From: the human T2T-CHM13v2.0 reference genome, Homo sapiens
Direction: 5' to 3' (one strand)
DNA length: 64,000 bases
Assembly: GCF_009914755.1 (NCBI RefSeq)
Contig: NC_060926.1
Positions within the stretch are counted from its first letter, which is position 1. Each line of letters begins with the position of its first letter. Below the pieces are notes generated by a model. The model was not told the origin of the DNA. It saw only the letters and a program-made list of their open reading frames with translations, and ran no database searches. The translations under genes were made by a program, and so were the position numbers. Below are positions 15,341-30,041 of the stretch, in pieces.

Positions 15341-15954
15341 GTTATCTAATAATACAATCAACCTTCTGTGAACTACTCTGTGACTACACTATGCTGGTTC
15401 CTGTGGGATGAACCCAACCACTGACTTTTAGAAATAATCAGCTTAGAAGAAAAGGGAGCTGTTCTCTGTTCCTGGTGTAAAATTTAGTCAGTCATTTTTG
15501 CTTTCTGGTGCTTCGTAGATAACTGAAGTTCTGAAGTGATGTGGGATCTCAACACAGTCTCATTTCAGAAATTTAACATGTCCAGAACCAGTTACTAATC
15601 AAAACTTTGCCAGGCTTAAACCTAATACTCTTCTTCCCAAACCAGGGGCTGCTACTGCTGGCTAGAGGGTGGCTTACGGTGAGGGGATGGGGGAGGTACT
15701 TTTTTTCTAGGCCAGATACCTCCAGCTCCCAAGCCCTCACAAGATGCTGGCTCCAGATTGACTGCGAGAAGGCAGGAGGTAGGAGACTGACATGTGTTAC
15801 AGGACTTACCACACATATTCATTTGAAGAGTCAGTAAGTCCTCATATGGAATTGTTCAAGCGTGCTTTTGGTGCTGTCTCCAATCCCCTTGCTGCCCCAC
15901 AAATGCATGTGGACAAAACAATGTCACGCAGTTAAGAAAACAGCAGAAATGCTA

Positions 15955-16110
<156 letters not shown>

Positions 16111-17861
16111 GAAGAAATAAAACTTCAGTTACTTTGAATCTGGTATTCTATGTGACTGATTGAAATTCTTATTTGATTAAATATTTGTAAAAGTGGAAAC
16201 TGTGAGGTATAGCATTTTTGTTTCAAAATTTAATTCATGCATGAAATGTTATTCATACATGCACATCTTTAAAATAGAAAGTTATTTCTGGGATTGTTGT
16301 GCTTATTTAACACTATATTGTTCACTTTGTTTTAGGTTTTATCATTTTCATTACTTATTGGCATAATTATACAGACAGAGTTAATTAAAAGAAAAATTTC
16401 ACTGTCCATATTTCCTTTGTTTGCCATTGATATTATTAAGTTAATTAAATTATTAATACTGCAAAAATAACTGTGTCCTACAAAAGAAGATAATTGTTTT
16501 CTAAAAAAGGACTTGCTACAATTGTAAATAAAGTAAGTTAGCTGTGCCACTGAGGAAAGTATAGCATGGTCTCTGACTTAGCATGGGGACCTGGGGACCC
16601 CCATAGCAGAGGAGCTCATAAGGGGACCCTGCCCTCTGTCCACTTTGGGAATCAGCCTTGCATTCCATCCTGCCAAACACCCTATCTGCAGCTTCTTCTA
16701 GGCATGGACTTCCCATGGCAGCTCCCCTCACCTCCATTCCTCTGGTCTTGCAATTTGTATCTGGGGTCTCCTTTCTCAGTGCATAACCTTGGTAAACGCT
16801 CACAAGGCATTAAAGACTAGCAGTAGTTTTATCTCCTCTATGCAACCTTTCTTGTCACTGCTCTAGGAATATTGTTCCATCTCTACCTGAGCCCCACACA
16901 TACTCCTCAACAGACTTTTATGTGATTAGCTCCTTTTTTGGATGAAATAGTTTAAATATATGCTGAGACTATATAATTAGGTTCTTTTATGGGAAATATT
17001 TCAAATGTAGATATAAGTACAGAAAATAACCAATTCTCATGCACCCAGAAATCATATTTAACAATTAGAGATATTTGCCATTTTTGGCTCAGGTCTTTAA
17101 ACTATTATTAATATTTTAATAATAATGTTATTATTGCTAAGGACATAGACTATACTATGTGCCACTTCTCATTACCATTCCTTCCATCCATTGGTAGAGG
17201 TAACCAGGATTCTTCTGAACAATGTTCTATACATTTGCTATTAATTTATACACCCATCAAAATGTATTACATATAAATACACACCAATTTATATAAATGT
17301 CTACATGTTAAACAAATTTATATATATTGTCAATTTTTTAAGTTTTTTTAAATTAAAACAAATGGTATCATAGTGCTCATATACTTTTACTACTTGTTTA
17401 TTTCTACTCACTGTTAAGTTTTCAGGTTTTAATCATTTGGATACATTTTATTAATGAAAGCTATGGTATAAACATTCTTTTGTACATGCCACATCTTATC
17501 TATTCCTCTAATGGTGGAAATTTCCAAAATTATGGCACCATTTATTCACACATTTTCAATACATATATGTGCCCACTTCTCTGAATCTCTGTTGAATTTC
17601 TGGTCCTTCAGACACCAGTAACTTGATTGATGTGGCACAGAATCTTGGTGTTTCAACTTACTTTTTCTTCCTAATTACTATTAAGGTTGTTTCATTGTCT
17701 TGAGTGCCTGTCCTGTGCTTGATACTGTTCCCAGCTTCTGGGATTCTTCAGTGAACACATTGAAGAAAGGTGTCTGCTCTTATCAAGCTGATACCTGGTG
17801 GAGTCAGGAGATAGAGACAATAAGCTATAGCCATAATACATAAATGAATTAGCAAGCATAT

Positions 17862-18140
17862 AAGTGTTCGTCTGGATCTGTGTCTCCACCCAAATCTCAT
17901 GTTCAATTGTAATCCCCAATGTTGGAAGTGTGGCAGGGTGGGAGGCTATTGGCTCATGGGGGAGATTTCTTATAAACAGCTTAGCACCATTCACTGGGTG
18001 ATAGTGAATGAATTATCATGAGATCTGTTGTTTAAAAGTGTGTAGCACCTTCTCCCTCTCTGTCTTTCTCCTGTTCCAGCCATGTGAGACGCCTTGCTCC
18101 CCTTTGCTTTCCACCATGAGTGTAAGCTCCCTGAGGACCC
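17862..18140 (+). mobile_element. MSTA/MSTB MaLR LTR, partial
   Basis: tgtgtctccacccaaatctcatgttcaattgtaatccccaatgttgga...ccaccatgagtgtaagctccctgagg. Confidence 0.8.
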
Positions 18141-20421
18141 CAGTCAAAATTTATTGACTGTCTTTGATCTTCAAGGTGTTGTGGTGGATCCTAAGGATAC
18201 AAAAAAACTTTGATACAAAGTATTTGTCCTCAAAGAGTTTACAATTTTGTGAAGCCACAATATATACTTAAAAATTACCAATGGGAATAATAAAATAATG
18301 AAAATTGCAGCTACAACTTCTGGAATGCTATTGTATGCCAAACACAGTTCTAAACACATGGCTTATGGTATCTTTTTATTCCTCGTTAGATTTATGGCGT
18401 GCAAAATTTCTACTTATTTTGCATCTAAGAAAAAGGTGAGAGATGTCATCGCAAATTAATTTTATAGAGTGCTTATAGCCACTATACCAAACTAAGGTCC
18501 ACATACAGTGCCAAAATGTGTGTTACAGATAATACACAAAGATTGGCAAGGACGTTAAATATCATCTCAATTCAGAGATGGGGAACACAGCCTTCACTTT
18601 GGGCGTAGTTAGAAAATATTTAGAGAAAAGACAGTGTTTGAGCGCACCCTTGAAAAATGACTAGGTAGGATTCAGATAAGCCATAAAGGAGGGAAGGAAA
18701 GGCTCTGGCCACATGAGCAAGTTAAGTTTTCATGGCAAGATGGAGTAAAACCATTAGGAAGTGATTTTCTATGTAACATATCATCTGGCTGAAATATCAC
18801 TTGGAGAAAAAAAGTCATGAAAACACTTGGTCTAGTATTGTATGTGAGGAATGCTTCAGAAAAAAATATTTTAAAGCTCCTTTGTGAATTGTGAATTTAT
18901 TCATTGTGTATAAAGTGAAAGTTGATAGTTTGTGTGAAACAAAAAATTTAACTTTCAGGTAGGGGAAACAACCAAGCTATAACAATCACTGTAACTGTCA
19001 GGACTATTGATGTGAATACAGGAAAGAAGATTCTCTTTCTTTCTCCACTTGTTCAGAACCTGGAAGGATGTTCCGTGGGGTTGCAGTCAGTCACCCTCAG
19101 GGGAGGGTGACAGTGATTTAAAAATGTGGAGAATACCAGGTTAGAGGAGAGCTGAGAGATGAAGAGAAAATAGATTCACATTAGTCCAAACATATGCACA
19201 TTTAAAACTAGTCTTATCACTGGACTTTTCATTACATGATTCTTTTTGCTTCATCCAATTTGGATTGGTTTTTGTTGTTTATTTGCAACTATAAGATTTC
19301 TAAGTGATAGAAGATCTTAGGATATGGCATCAGAAAATACAAAGTCAAAGTCTGTACAAAATCAAATTAACTAACAATATTCATTCTTTCATTCATCATT
19401 TATTTATCACGTAATTTTAATTCTACCTTGTAAACAAGATCTAGCACCAAGCTGAAATATAGAGGTGAAAGTTTATGGGGCTGGCTTCAAGGACTCAGAG
19501 TACAGTGAAAGGTTTCCTATGCAAGTCGTTATAGTCCAGAGTGATAAATGTTATAATGCAAACAAGTGCTAAGGGCAAATGTTACATAGGCCTGGAGCAT
19601 CTGGATCTGTTTTGCAAGATGAGGAAGACTTAAGGTGGGAAATGCTGTCTATAATGAGAGTTAAAGCATGGTCACTATGGAATCCATACTTTCTACTTTG
19701 CAATCTTTGCATCACTGAGTGTTTTTAAGATTTATAGCTGTATTTTTCTTCCCAAGTCCTCTCCAGAACAATAGTGTTTGAAGAACTTTCTGTGAAACAG
19801 CATGCTTAGAAATGCTTGGTGGTAACAAAACACCAAAACTTCAGGTATTGACTTTAAGATATTGATGTAACCACAGGGAGGATGATTGTTGCTGTAAAAC
19901 TTCACAAGGCAGGAATTGGGCCAGCCCCACTGGGGGCTATCAATGTGTGCGCCATGGTTTTGGAATATGGTTTAAATCTTTGGCCTTTAAATGTAACCTT
20001 CTTGGAAGACATATACTTCTTTGTATATTTCAAAGTCAATGGAAAGAATAATGTGCCTGCTTTTGTTTGTTTGTTTGTTTTTGTTTGTTTGTTTTTCAGA
20101 TTATCTCTGAGCCAAAGTGATATTTGGAGAGCAAGCTAGGCTTATGTAGAATCACAGAGCGTTGCATGACCAGAAACGATCTAATTCTTGGCAAGAAAGA
20201 CTCTATAACTCAGTGGATTTGTCCTTTTTCTTTGACATCTTGAAAACCTGAAGTTTAGAAGTACAACTAGAGCAACAAGCACACAATCAGTTCCTGAAAA
20301 CCTACAATATCTTTGATGGTTATTTTTAAATTTTGATTTTATTTTTTCCAACATTTTATTATGAACATTTTCGAACATGTAGCAAAATTAGATTAATTTT
20401 ACAGTGAACTTCCTCTAGGAG

Positions 20422-20644
20422 CAGGGATGTCCAGTCTTTTGGCTTCCCTGGGCCACAATGGAAGAAGAAAAATTGTCTTGGGCCACACATAAAATATACT
20501 AACGATACCTGATGAGCTAAAAAAAATAAAAATCTCAAAATAAATCTTATAATGTTTTAAGAAAGTTTACAAATTTATGTTGGGCCACATTCAAAGCTAT
20601 CCAGGGCTACATGCAGCCTGTGGGCTACAAGTTGGAGAAGTTTG
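20422..20644. mobile_element. MER30 hAT MITE
   Basis: cagggatgtccagtcttttggcttccctgggccaca...gttggagaagtttg; ctctag(g)ag flanks. Confidence 0.85.
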
Positions 20645-20799
20645 CTCTAGAGCCTACTATTAAAATTTTATTGTACTTGCTTTATCAGATGTCATCCTCC
20701 TTTTTATCAGAATTTCCATCTATGAATCCATCTTATCTTTTTGATTCATTTCACAGTAAATTAAATAAATGTGCATGATAAATACTCCAGCCTGCATAT

Positions 20800-21686
20800 C
20801 ATTAACTATAGCACAAGATTTGTTTACAGTGTTTTATGCCCTTTGAGGTAACATTTACAAAAGATGAACTGCATAAATCTTGTTTTGTTTTGCTAAGTGC
20901 TGACAAATGCATACACTTGGGTAACCAAACCCCTATTAATAACTAAACTTTACTACCACCCCAGGAAGTTTTCTCTTGATTTCTCCCGTGTATTTCTTGC
21001 CAAACCACCATTCCAGGAAATTTCTACTGATTTTTTTTTTTCTACCATAGACTAGATTTCTGTATTTAAAAAATTAACATGAATAGAATCCTATTGTGTG
21101 GGATTTTTTATGTTAAGTTTCCTTTATTCAGCATAATAACTTTTTAAGATACACCCTTGGTATATATAGTTATTTATTTTTATTGCTGAATAATATATTT
21201 GAATGATTACATCACAGTTTATTTATGCATTGTTCTATCGATGGACACCAGGGTGTTTCTATATTTTGGCTAACATGCATAAATATTCTGTGAGTATATA
21301 TGTAAGTATTTTGTGAACATATATCTTCATCTCTCTTGGGTACATGCATAGCTTTAGAAGTGCTGAGGAGGTGTGTGCTTAGTACCATTTTATATTCTTA
21401 CTAACAATGTAACAGATTTACTGCTTCTTATGCCTACTAGCATTTGTTATCAATCCTTAATTCTGGCCATCCTAGTGAGGGGTAGATGTATCTCACTGAA
21501 GTTCTCATGAATGTTTCTCTGTTGTCTAATAATGTTGATTTTTCATGTTCTTATTGGCCATTTTTATATCTTCTTTTCAGAGGTGTCTGTGAAAATGGTT
21601 TACTCATATTTTTACTGTATTGGTTGTCTTTCTATTATTGAAATGTAAGTTTTCCCATAAACCCTGATTACCAGCCCTTTGCCAGA

Positions 21687-21734
<48 letters not shown>

Positions 21735-21830
21735 ACATTTTAATATATTTTCACTGTCTGTGGCTTGTTAATGAATGGAAATTTTATTTTGTCAAAGTTC
21801 AATTCTTAATTTTTTCCATTATTCTGCTTT
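20800..21830 (-). mobile_element. Old L1M 3' end
   Basis: Antisense L1MB/ME 3'UTR-ORF2 text (atggacacca..., cttattggccatt, ccctttgccaga). Confidence 0.6.
21690..21731. repeat. (TG)n microsatellite, ~21 units
   Basis: Direct reading. Confidence 0.97.
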
Positions 21831-22627
21831 TTATTAGGAATAGATGCTTATATTGTGTTTATTTATTTACTTTTTGTCTCCTATCTTGTCTCAGTTTATA
21901 TTGTGTTTAGTTTTGAAAATGACTTTAATCACTTCTGAGACCAAGTCAGAGGTAAACCTAAAGAGTTAAAACGGTTTCAACAGAAATCCAATCTCTGTGA
22001 TATTGATAATCCATTTATTCAATTCTTTTCTCAGTTTAGTTCCATTTGTTTCTCAAGTTCTTCCGAAGAATACAATGGTGAACAAAACAAAAAGAGCTCT
22101 GCTGTCCTTCAGCAGTAGGGAGCAGATGATTCAGGAAAAGAAATGAATGTGTGGAGGGAGTACCATGTCAGAAAAAATGAGCAGGAAACGCCTCTCTGAT
22201 AAATGTGTATTTAGGCAAACACTATAATGGTAACCAAAGTGATATGACACATTTTTTGAGCCTTTTCTATGAGCCAAACAGACCAGTCTGTTTCACGTGT
22301 GCAATCAATTCACTCTTCACAACTATGTTAGAAGACACTCACTCTTCTTATGCTTGTAGAATATTGAGATCCTTCTCACTGTAAGAAAATAAAGAAAATA
22401 AAAGAAGTGGGGACAAAGAAAATGTTTCACCTTCAAAGGTGAAATATAAGTTGAATCTTGGTCTACCTGAGTCTGTAGCCATTATGTTCATGGAGACACC
22501 TATTTCTAAAAAGAAAAAAATTTAAAAAAAATGTGTATGTGTGTTGGGGTGTGTGTGTGAAAGAGAGAGGGAGAGATTGAGAGAAAGGGATGGAAAGAGA
22601 GTTAATTTTACGTGCTAACTTGGCTGA

Positions 22628-22985
<358 letters not shown>

Positions 22986-23232
22986 ATATGCACATTTCTG
23001 TAGGGGTGTTTCTTGGATCAGATTAACATTGAAATTGGTGGATTTTGAGCCAAGCACATTGCACTCCATAATGTGGGTGGATCTCATCTAATCAGTTGAT
23101 GGACTTAATAGAACAAAGACTGACTTACCCTGTCCCCCGCCTCCAACAAGAAGAAATTCTGCCAGCAGATGGCCTTCAGACTTAAATGGCAGCACTGGCT
23201 TTTTCCTAAATTTCCAGCCTGCTAACCTTAGC

Positions 23233-23463
23233 TTTTTTCTTTTTGCTTTTTTTTTTTTTTTTTTTGGTTATACTTTAAGTTTTAGGGTACATGTGCAAAA
23301 CATGCAGGTTTGTTACATATGTATACATTTGCCATGTTGGTGTGCTGCACCCATTAACTCGTCATTTACATTAGGTATATCTCCTAAGGCTACCCCTCCC
23401 CCCTCCCCCCACCCCACAACAGGCCCCGGTGTGTGATGTTCCCCTTCCTGTGTCCAAGTGTTC
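23233..23463 (-). mobile_element. Young L1PA 3' end (5'-truncated, ~200 bp)
   Basis: polyT-ttatactttaagttttagggtacatgtgca...cccctccccccaccccacaacaggccccggtgtgtgatg. Confidence 0.93.
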
Positions 23464-23577
23464 CTGAACTTGTCAGTCTCTGTAATGGCTTAAAATAATT
23501 CTGTCTCTCTCTCTCTCTCTGTACATCTCATTGCTTGTGTTTCTCTGAGGAACTCCATTAGGTTGTTGCAAACTCCA

Positions 23578-23652
23578 TTAGGTTGTTACAAAGTAATTGC
23601 GGTCTTTGCCATTACTTTCAAAGGCAAAAATCGCAAAACATTTGCACCAACT
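23578..23652. mobile_element. MADE1 MITE (Hsmar1 derivative)
   Basis: ttaggttgttacaaagtaattgcggtctttgccattactttcaaaggcaaaaatcgcaaaacatttgcaccaac, the palindromic ~80-bp MADE1 structure. Confidence 0.9.
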
Positions 23653-24499
23653 GCATACAATTCTTATATGTGTGTGTGACTGTATGTGTGTGTCTATGCA
23701 TGTGTTTCAGACTTTTACATATATGAGAAAACCTGATTATGTGCTTATTCAGGAAATGGACAAATTGGACTTGCCCAAGTCACCCATTGGAGTTATTAGT
23801 AGTGACTTAACCTGAGCAGAATTTAACGCACATGCTCAAATGAAAACTAGGGTGTGGCTTATGGATATATAAGGCTGATAGACAATGCACATTTAATTTC
23901 ACTTTATCTTACAATCCCATTAAACAGTTGATACAAGACTTTTTTTTGTTTGCTTGTTGGTTATAAACATAAAAAGAGTGGCAGCATAGTGGAGAGACAC
24001 AGCAACAGTATTTTGGAAGATGGAAAACACTGGGGGTGAGGATTCACTCACTTAGTAAAAGCCCATGGGCAGAAGGGTGGGCGGAAGGGGTGTGAACTGA
24101 AAAATAACATGATTTACACTGCATCATCTCTAAGAGCTCAGCGGCTGATACAAAATGTATTCCTTGAAATAGACGTGATGGGGTGGGCAGGTGAGTAAGA
24201 TCAAGGATGAGTGGTTAGAAATCATTAAGAATTAGTTCCCCTGATCCTTCTCCATTCTGCATCCCTGGGCTAACGCCCTCCCTGATCCCAGGAGAGCCTG
24301 TGAAAATATTCTTCAAAGAGGGGGAAAAACAAAGTCTCTAAATAAGGGAAGACCAAAATACAGTGACCAGGGGTACTCTACTGAAGTCACAGCCACTGCG
24401 TGACTGCATGCCTACTGCATGAAGGGGAGCCTGCACTCTACTCAGTCTCCAGAATCCTGGCAGTCAGGCCTTCGGCCTTTTCCTCTGCAGACAGGAAAG

Positions 24500-25500
24500 G
24501 ATTTCTCTGGCAACTCTAACCAGCCCTACCAAACAAATCAGTCACATCCCAACAAGCAAGAATACAGCACACATTCTTAGAGTTTACAAATAGATTTTAG
24601 AGCTTCCCATACATAATTATGAATAGACAACCTGAGATTATTTGGTATCTTCAAAATTCCTCTAACATAAGAGATTGAGATCACATCCAACGAAGACAAA
24701 TTAGAACTGCTTCGTCAAGAAGAGCAAGACTTCAAATAAGTAATTTTCAATAAATGCCCTTAGAGGAATATGAAAAGACTTCGCAATTATGAAGAAAAAG
24801 AACTTAGAAGGAAAATAAATATTCATAGGACAAGAGAACATTTTAAAATTATGCGTGTAAAGAACTTTATAATTGGATGCCTACTGAATGCAGAAATTGC
24901 CAGAAAATAAAACTCTAAAAATGACATGGGTAACAATAAAGATACAAAAACTAGAGAAACAGTCCAGAAATTATAATATGTGCCTAAGACATGTTTCATA
25001 ATAATCGAGAAGAGAATTGGCAAAAAAAAAAAAAAAAAAGATTGAAAAAATATTCTTATCCATGCAGGGCATGAGTGTCCGGAGCGGAAGAGCTCAGTGT
25101 ACCTGCACTAGGTTGATTGGATGAAAAGAAACCCATGACAAAGTGTATCATAAAAAAGGATCTGAATGCTTAGAACAAAACAAAACAAAAGCATAGAAAG
25201 ACAAATAGAAAATATAGAGATTGCATTAAAAAAATCAGGAGTCCACCAGAATGGCTTGAGACTTTTCTTACACCAACAAAAGAAACAAGATTTAAATATT
25301 TTAAGAAAAAAAAAATTTCGATCTAAAATTACTTTGCAAGTTAAATTATACATCAAATGGTAAGGTATTTGAAAAATCTCTAAAAGATATAGCATCTCCA
25401 AAAGAGTACCTACCATGCTCTGTTTTCGCAAGAAGCTATGGGAGTATTTGGTCCAATAAAAAGAGAAAATATGCTAATAGAAATGAGAAGAAGGGTCTAG
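24500..25500 (+). mobile_element. Very old L1 ORF1-region remnant
   Basis: A-rich; aaacccatgacaaagtgtatcata and tctaaaattactttgcaagttaaattatacatcaaatg resemble L1M ORF1. Confidence 0.4.
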
Positions 25501-28500
25501 TAATCAGGGGATTCCCAAAAAGTCACCATTGTGCTGGTGAAGGAAGAAGCCACATGACAGATTTGTACCAGAATTAGAGGGATTCAGTATAATGAAAAGA
25601 GCCAGAGGTTTCAGGACAGATTTTTCCAAGAAGTTGCCATTGATATAAGACCTGATATGTTAGTGTTCTAAGAGAGTTTGGGATGAAATGAGTAATAAGC
25701 CTATAAAAAAACTAACAAATAGAACTAGACAACAGTCAAATAATAATTATTTATTTCAAGAAATATGAAAGTTGTGGTAAAAATTAAAAGTAATCTGTTT
25801 ATTACATGGCTCATATTGAAAAAGCACTTAAATTGCCAAAACGTGTGAAAATTGATGACTAAAATAACCCAGATTACCATTCTGTGTTATTGGAAGGGTG
25901 AGGAGAGGTGGGAGGGAAAGTTGTGAAGGGTGTAAGGGTGTGGGGAGGAGGCAGGTAAATCTAAATCTGTATTAAGGTTAAAGACAAGTTACTTTTTATT
26001 ACGGAAGGTTAATAACCAATGCTTAAGGGTGAAAATCAAGAAGTAAAAATAATAGCATGTTATTTGAAGATAATGAGGTAAGAAGGAAAAGAGTCCTATT
26101 AAAAAACCAGCACTTCTGGAGAGGAAGGGGAAAGGAAGGCAGCAGTATACCACTTGTGGGCCACACATTGTGGAGATTAACTATGAATCCTGATGGAATT
26201 AAAATATTCGTTAAAATACAAACTTAAATAAATACAAATTGACTGGTGCCAGTCTACTTTTCGAAAACTCTCAAAACCTACAAATGGTTTGAAGAGTTCG
26301 GTTGCTACAACACCATGGTTATCTGATAATTGTTTAGATTTAGTACACTTACCAGAAGGATGCTGGCATTTTGGCACTTTGGTTAGTTTTGATTTCTCAT
26401 ATGAACTCCTTCCTTTTGCTTTTCTCCCTCCTCCCCTAATTTACTTCCATTTTAATTTCTCTATCTCATAAAACACCACTTATCTTACTCATTTGAATTG
26501 CCAGTTCCTTTTTCCTCACAGCACTAAAGCCCTGTAGGAAAGAAAGATGTTGCTGCAGAACCATGAACGTGATCAGAAACACAAATAATCAATGTCAAAG
26601 AAATCCTATTAGAACCTGATAAGACACCCACTTTTCTTCCGTAAACTTGAGAGGTTAGTAGCACTATTTAGTTCTCTGACCTGAGGTTCTGAGGTTCTGA
26701 TGGGTAGATTTGAGCTTACTACTTTTCCTAGGATGTAAATACTAGTTTTGTTATCATCACTGATGCTAGACACCCTTTCCCCTTCCTGCGGTACTAGGTA
26801 TCTTCTCCTGGTCTTGTGGCTGAAGCACAATAGAATCCACATCATCTCTTGATTAGAGCCAATAGTAATCTCCTAACCAGTTGCTTTGCCTCCAATTTTT
26901 CACACACACATACACGCACACGTGCACACACACACACATACGTATTTATATATATATTTCAGCCTTCTAAAGTTCTGGAATTTCAGGCATAGAGCCACCA
27001 CATCCAGCCGATTTTTCTGGCATTAAATGCAGCTTCCACATTGTCACCAAAGAGAGAATTCTGAAACACTAATATGACTATTTTACTCCTTAGTGTTCTA
27101 AACACTTCCCTTAGTGTCTACCCATTGTCCTCAGAATAAAATCTGAGTCGTTTAATCAGCCTGTCCTTTATTTTCTGATTTCCTTCTACATTTCAGCCTC
27201 ATGTATTTCTACACCCTCTCACATTCTCTGTCCTCTAACCATACTGAATTACATGCTACACCTGACAGAGCTCCAGTGCACCTGCAGTCCAACGTTAATG
27301 AAGCATTTATTCATAAACACCAAAAAGCAAATGTGACGGGCAAGACACTATATTAAAACATGAGCATAGCACAAGAGACAAAGGCATGGGTTTGTGGGTC
27401 TGGTCATATTTTTTATGTGGAACATGAGTTTTACTAGATGTATGTGTTATTTCACAAGTTTCTTACGTCCTGAGATAGTAAAAAGGCAAAATAGACATGA
27501 CTTCAGAGGATAGTTTGGCTGAAGAAGATTTTTCCCAGGCCCAATTAACTACAGGACAGATACTGGCAAGTTCAAAATTCCCAGAATTCTCACTCTATTT
27601 CTATTTTTAGAAAGAAGTAGATGAAGGGATGTTTGCCCTCTTTGACAGGAGTGGGAATGGGTTCAAGATGAAAAATAGATCCATAGAGACTTAGGAACAA
27701 TGGAGGAAGTAAAACATGAAAACTAATTTTGTTTTCTCTCTTAGAAGCTAGAGCTCTAAACTAGAAAATATAAGAGTATCCTCTGAGTATCTTTTCAATT
27801 AAATAGGACACCCTCCTTACTAGTAAAATACATGAAGAACAGAGCCTGGTTGTTCCAACAACTTCTAAACACAGTCACGCCTGAATGTGCCTTTTCTTTC
27901 TTCAGCTACAACAATGCATCAAACAGAGTGTGACCTCAACTGTTTTTCAGTGGAAAACAGACAAGCCTGAAATAAGAAAAAAAAAAAAAAGAGAAAGTCT
28001 AAAAGAATTCTCTCTAAATATCTCAGAGTAAATAGAGTCAGAACAAAACTGTCGTAGTAAATATGAGTAAGAAGAAAGAAAAGGAAATTATAACAGATGG
28101 CAAATTAAAAAAAAAAACTAAAATTAACATTAAAAAGGAAGAGAATTATGGCATCTGAGAGCCCAAACACTCCAATTATAATAAGCCAAAAATCAAAGAG
28201 AAAGAAGTAAATGTTATTTCACATTTATATCCAAAATAATTTATTACTAGTACATCAACACCATCTAGGGAGAAGATCAGTAAGAACATAAAGAGCTTCA
28301 TCAACACTATAAAAAAAAATTAAAAAAACACCTAGCCCTAACAGACACCTATAGCACACTCCACCCAATAATGGCAAAATGCACAATCTTCTCAAGCAAC
28401 GGTGAACATTCCCCAGGACAGACTATCTTAGGCCACAAAACCAGTCTCTAATTTTAAAAAGACTGAAATTGCACAAACCATCTTTTCCAACCACAATAGA

Positions 28501-29685
28501 ATGAAGCTAGAAATTTATAATAAAAGAAAAACAAAAAGAAAACTCATAAATATGTGAAAATGAAGCAAAGCATACTCAAGTAACAAAAGAGTTAAAGAAG
28601 AAATGACAAGGAAAGTTAAAAATATATAGATATAACAGATGACAAAAATAAAATATTCCAAAACTTATGACATGCAATGGAGGGAAACTAAAAGGGAAAT
28701 TTATAGCTGTAAATACATTAAAAAAGAGAGCAATCTTAAATTATTAGCCAAACTTTACACATTGAGAAAATAGAAAAACAAGAGGAAACTAAACCAAACA
28801 GTAGTAGAAGAAAGAAAATAATAAGGATTTAGAGCAGAGATAAACAACATAGAAAATAGAAAAACAAAATAAAATTAACAAGAATTTGTTCTCTAAAAAT
28901 ATCACAATTGGTAAAACCTTTAGCTAGACTGACACCGATAAACAGAGAGAAGACACAAATAACACAAATAACTGAAATCAGAAAAGAAAGTGAGGACATT
29001 ATTACTGACCTTACAGAAATGATAATAATAAGAAGAAGATAATATTATAAACAATTGTACCCCAACAAATTAGGTAACCTAGATGAAATAGAAAAAGTGA
29101 TCATAACACGAAAATTGCCTAAACTGTTCAAGGCAAAATAGAAAATCTCAGCAGATCAATAGTAAATAAATATTTTGAAACAGCAATCAAAATTTCATAA
29201 AGAGAAAAGCTCAAGTCAGATTGTTTCACTACTGAATTCTATCAAGCATTTAAAAAGAATTAGCAACTGTACTTATCAAACTCTTCCAAAGTATAGAAAA
29301 GGAGGAAACGATGCTTAAGGGATTCTATGAGGTCAGAGTTACCCTCATACCAAAGCCAGACCAAAACATTTAAGGAAAAGAAAACTAGAGCTGAAAATAA
29401 TCTCAACAAAATTAGCACATTGAATCCAACAATATACAAAAAGTATTATACACCATATTCAATGAGATTTAATCTAGGTATGTAAGGCCAGTTACATTGA
29501 AAAGCCAATTAACGTAATCTATATCAAGGGGCTAAAGAAGAAAAATCACAGCCATCCATACAGAACCAGTATTTGACAACATTGAACACCTATGTGTGAT
29601 AAACAAACAAACAAACAAACAAAAAAACCCTCACCAAACTAGGAATAGAGAGGAACTTCCTCAATGTGATTAAGAACATCTACAA

Positions 29686-30041
29686 TGGATGAACTGGAAA
29701 ACAGTATGCTAAGTAAAATAAGCCAGACACAGAAAGACAAATACTGTATGATCTCATTTATATGTGGAAATGAAAAAAGTTGAGCTCATAGAAAGTGAAT
29801 AGAATGGTGGTTTCCAGGGATGGGGAGGTGGCGCAAATAACGAGTTGTTAGTCGAAGAATACAAACATTCAACTATATAATTAATAAGTTCTGGGAATCT
29901 AATGTACAGCATGGGTGGTGATAGAGGCATTAATTTGACTGTGATAATCATTATACAATGTATACATCTATCAAATCATCACATCGTACACCTTGAATAT
30001 ATATAATTCAAGATGTCAATTAAATTTTTAAAATAAAAAAA
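29686..30041 (+). mobile_element. L1MA 3' end inserted in an older L1 ORF2
   Basis: tggatgaactggaaaacagtatgctaagtaaaataagccagacacagaaagacaaatactg...polyA; host ORF2 resumes at atctgcagaaaacctacagc. Confidence 0.8.
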
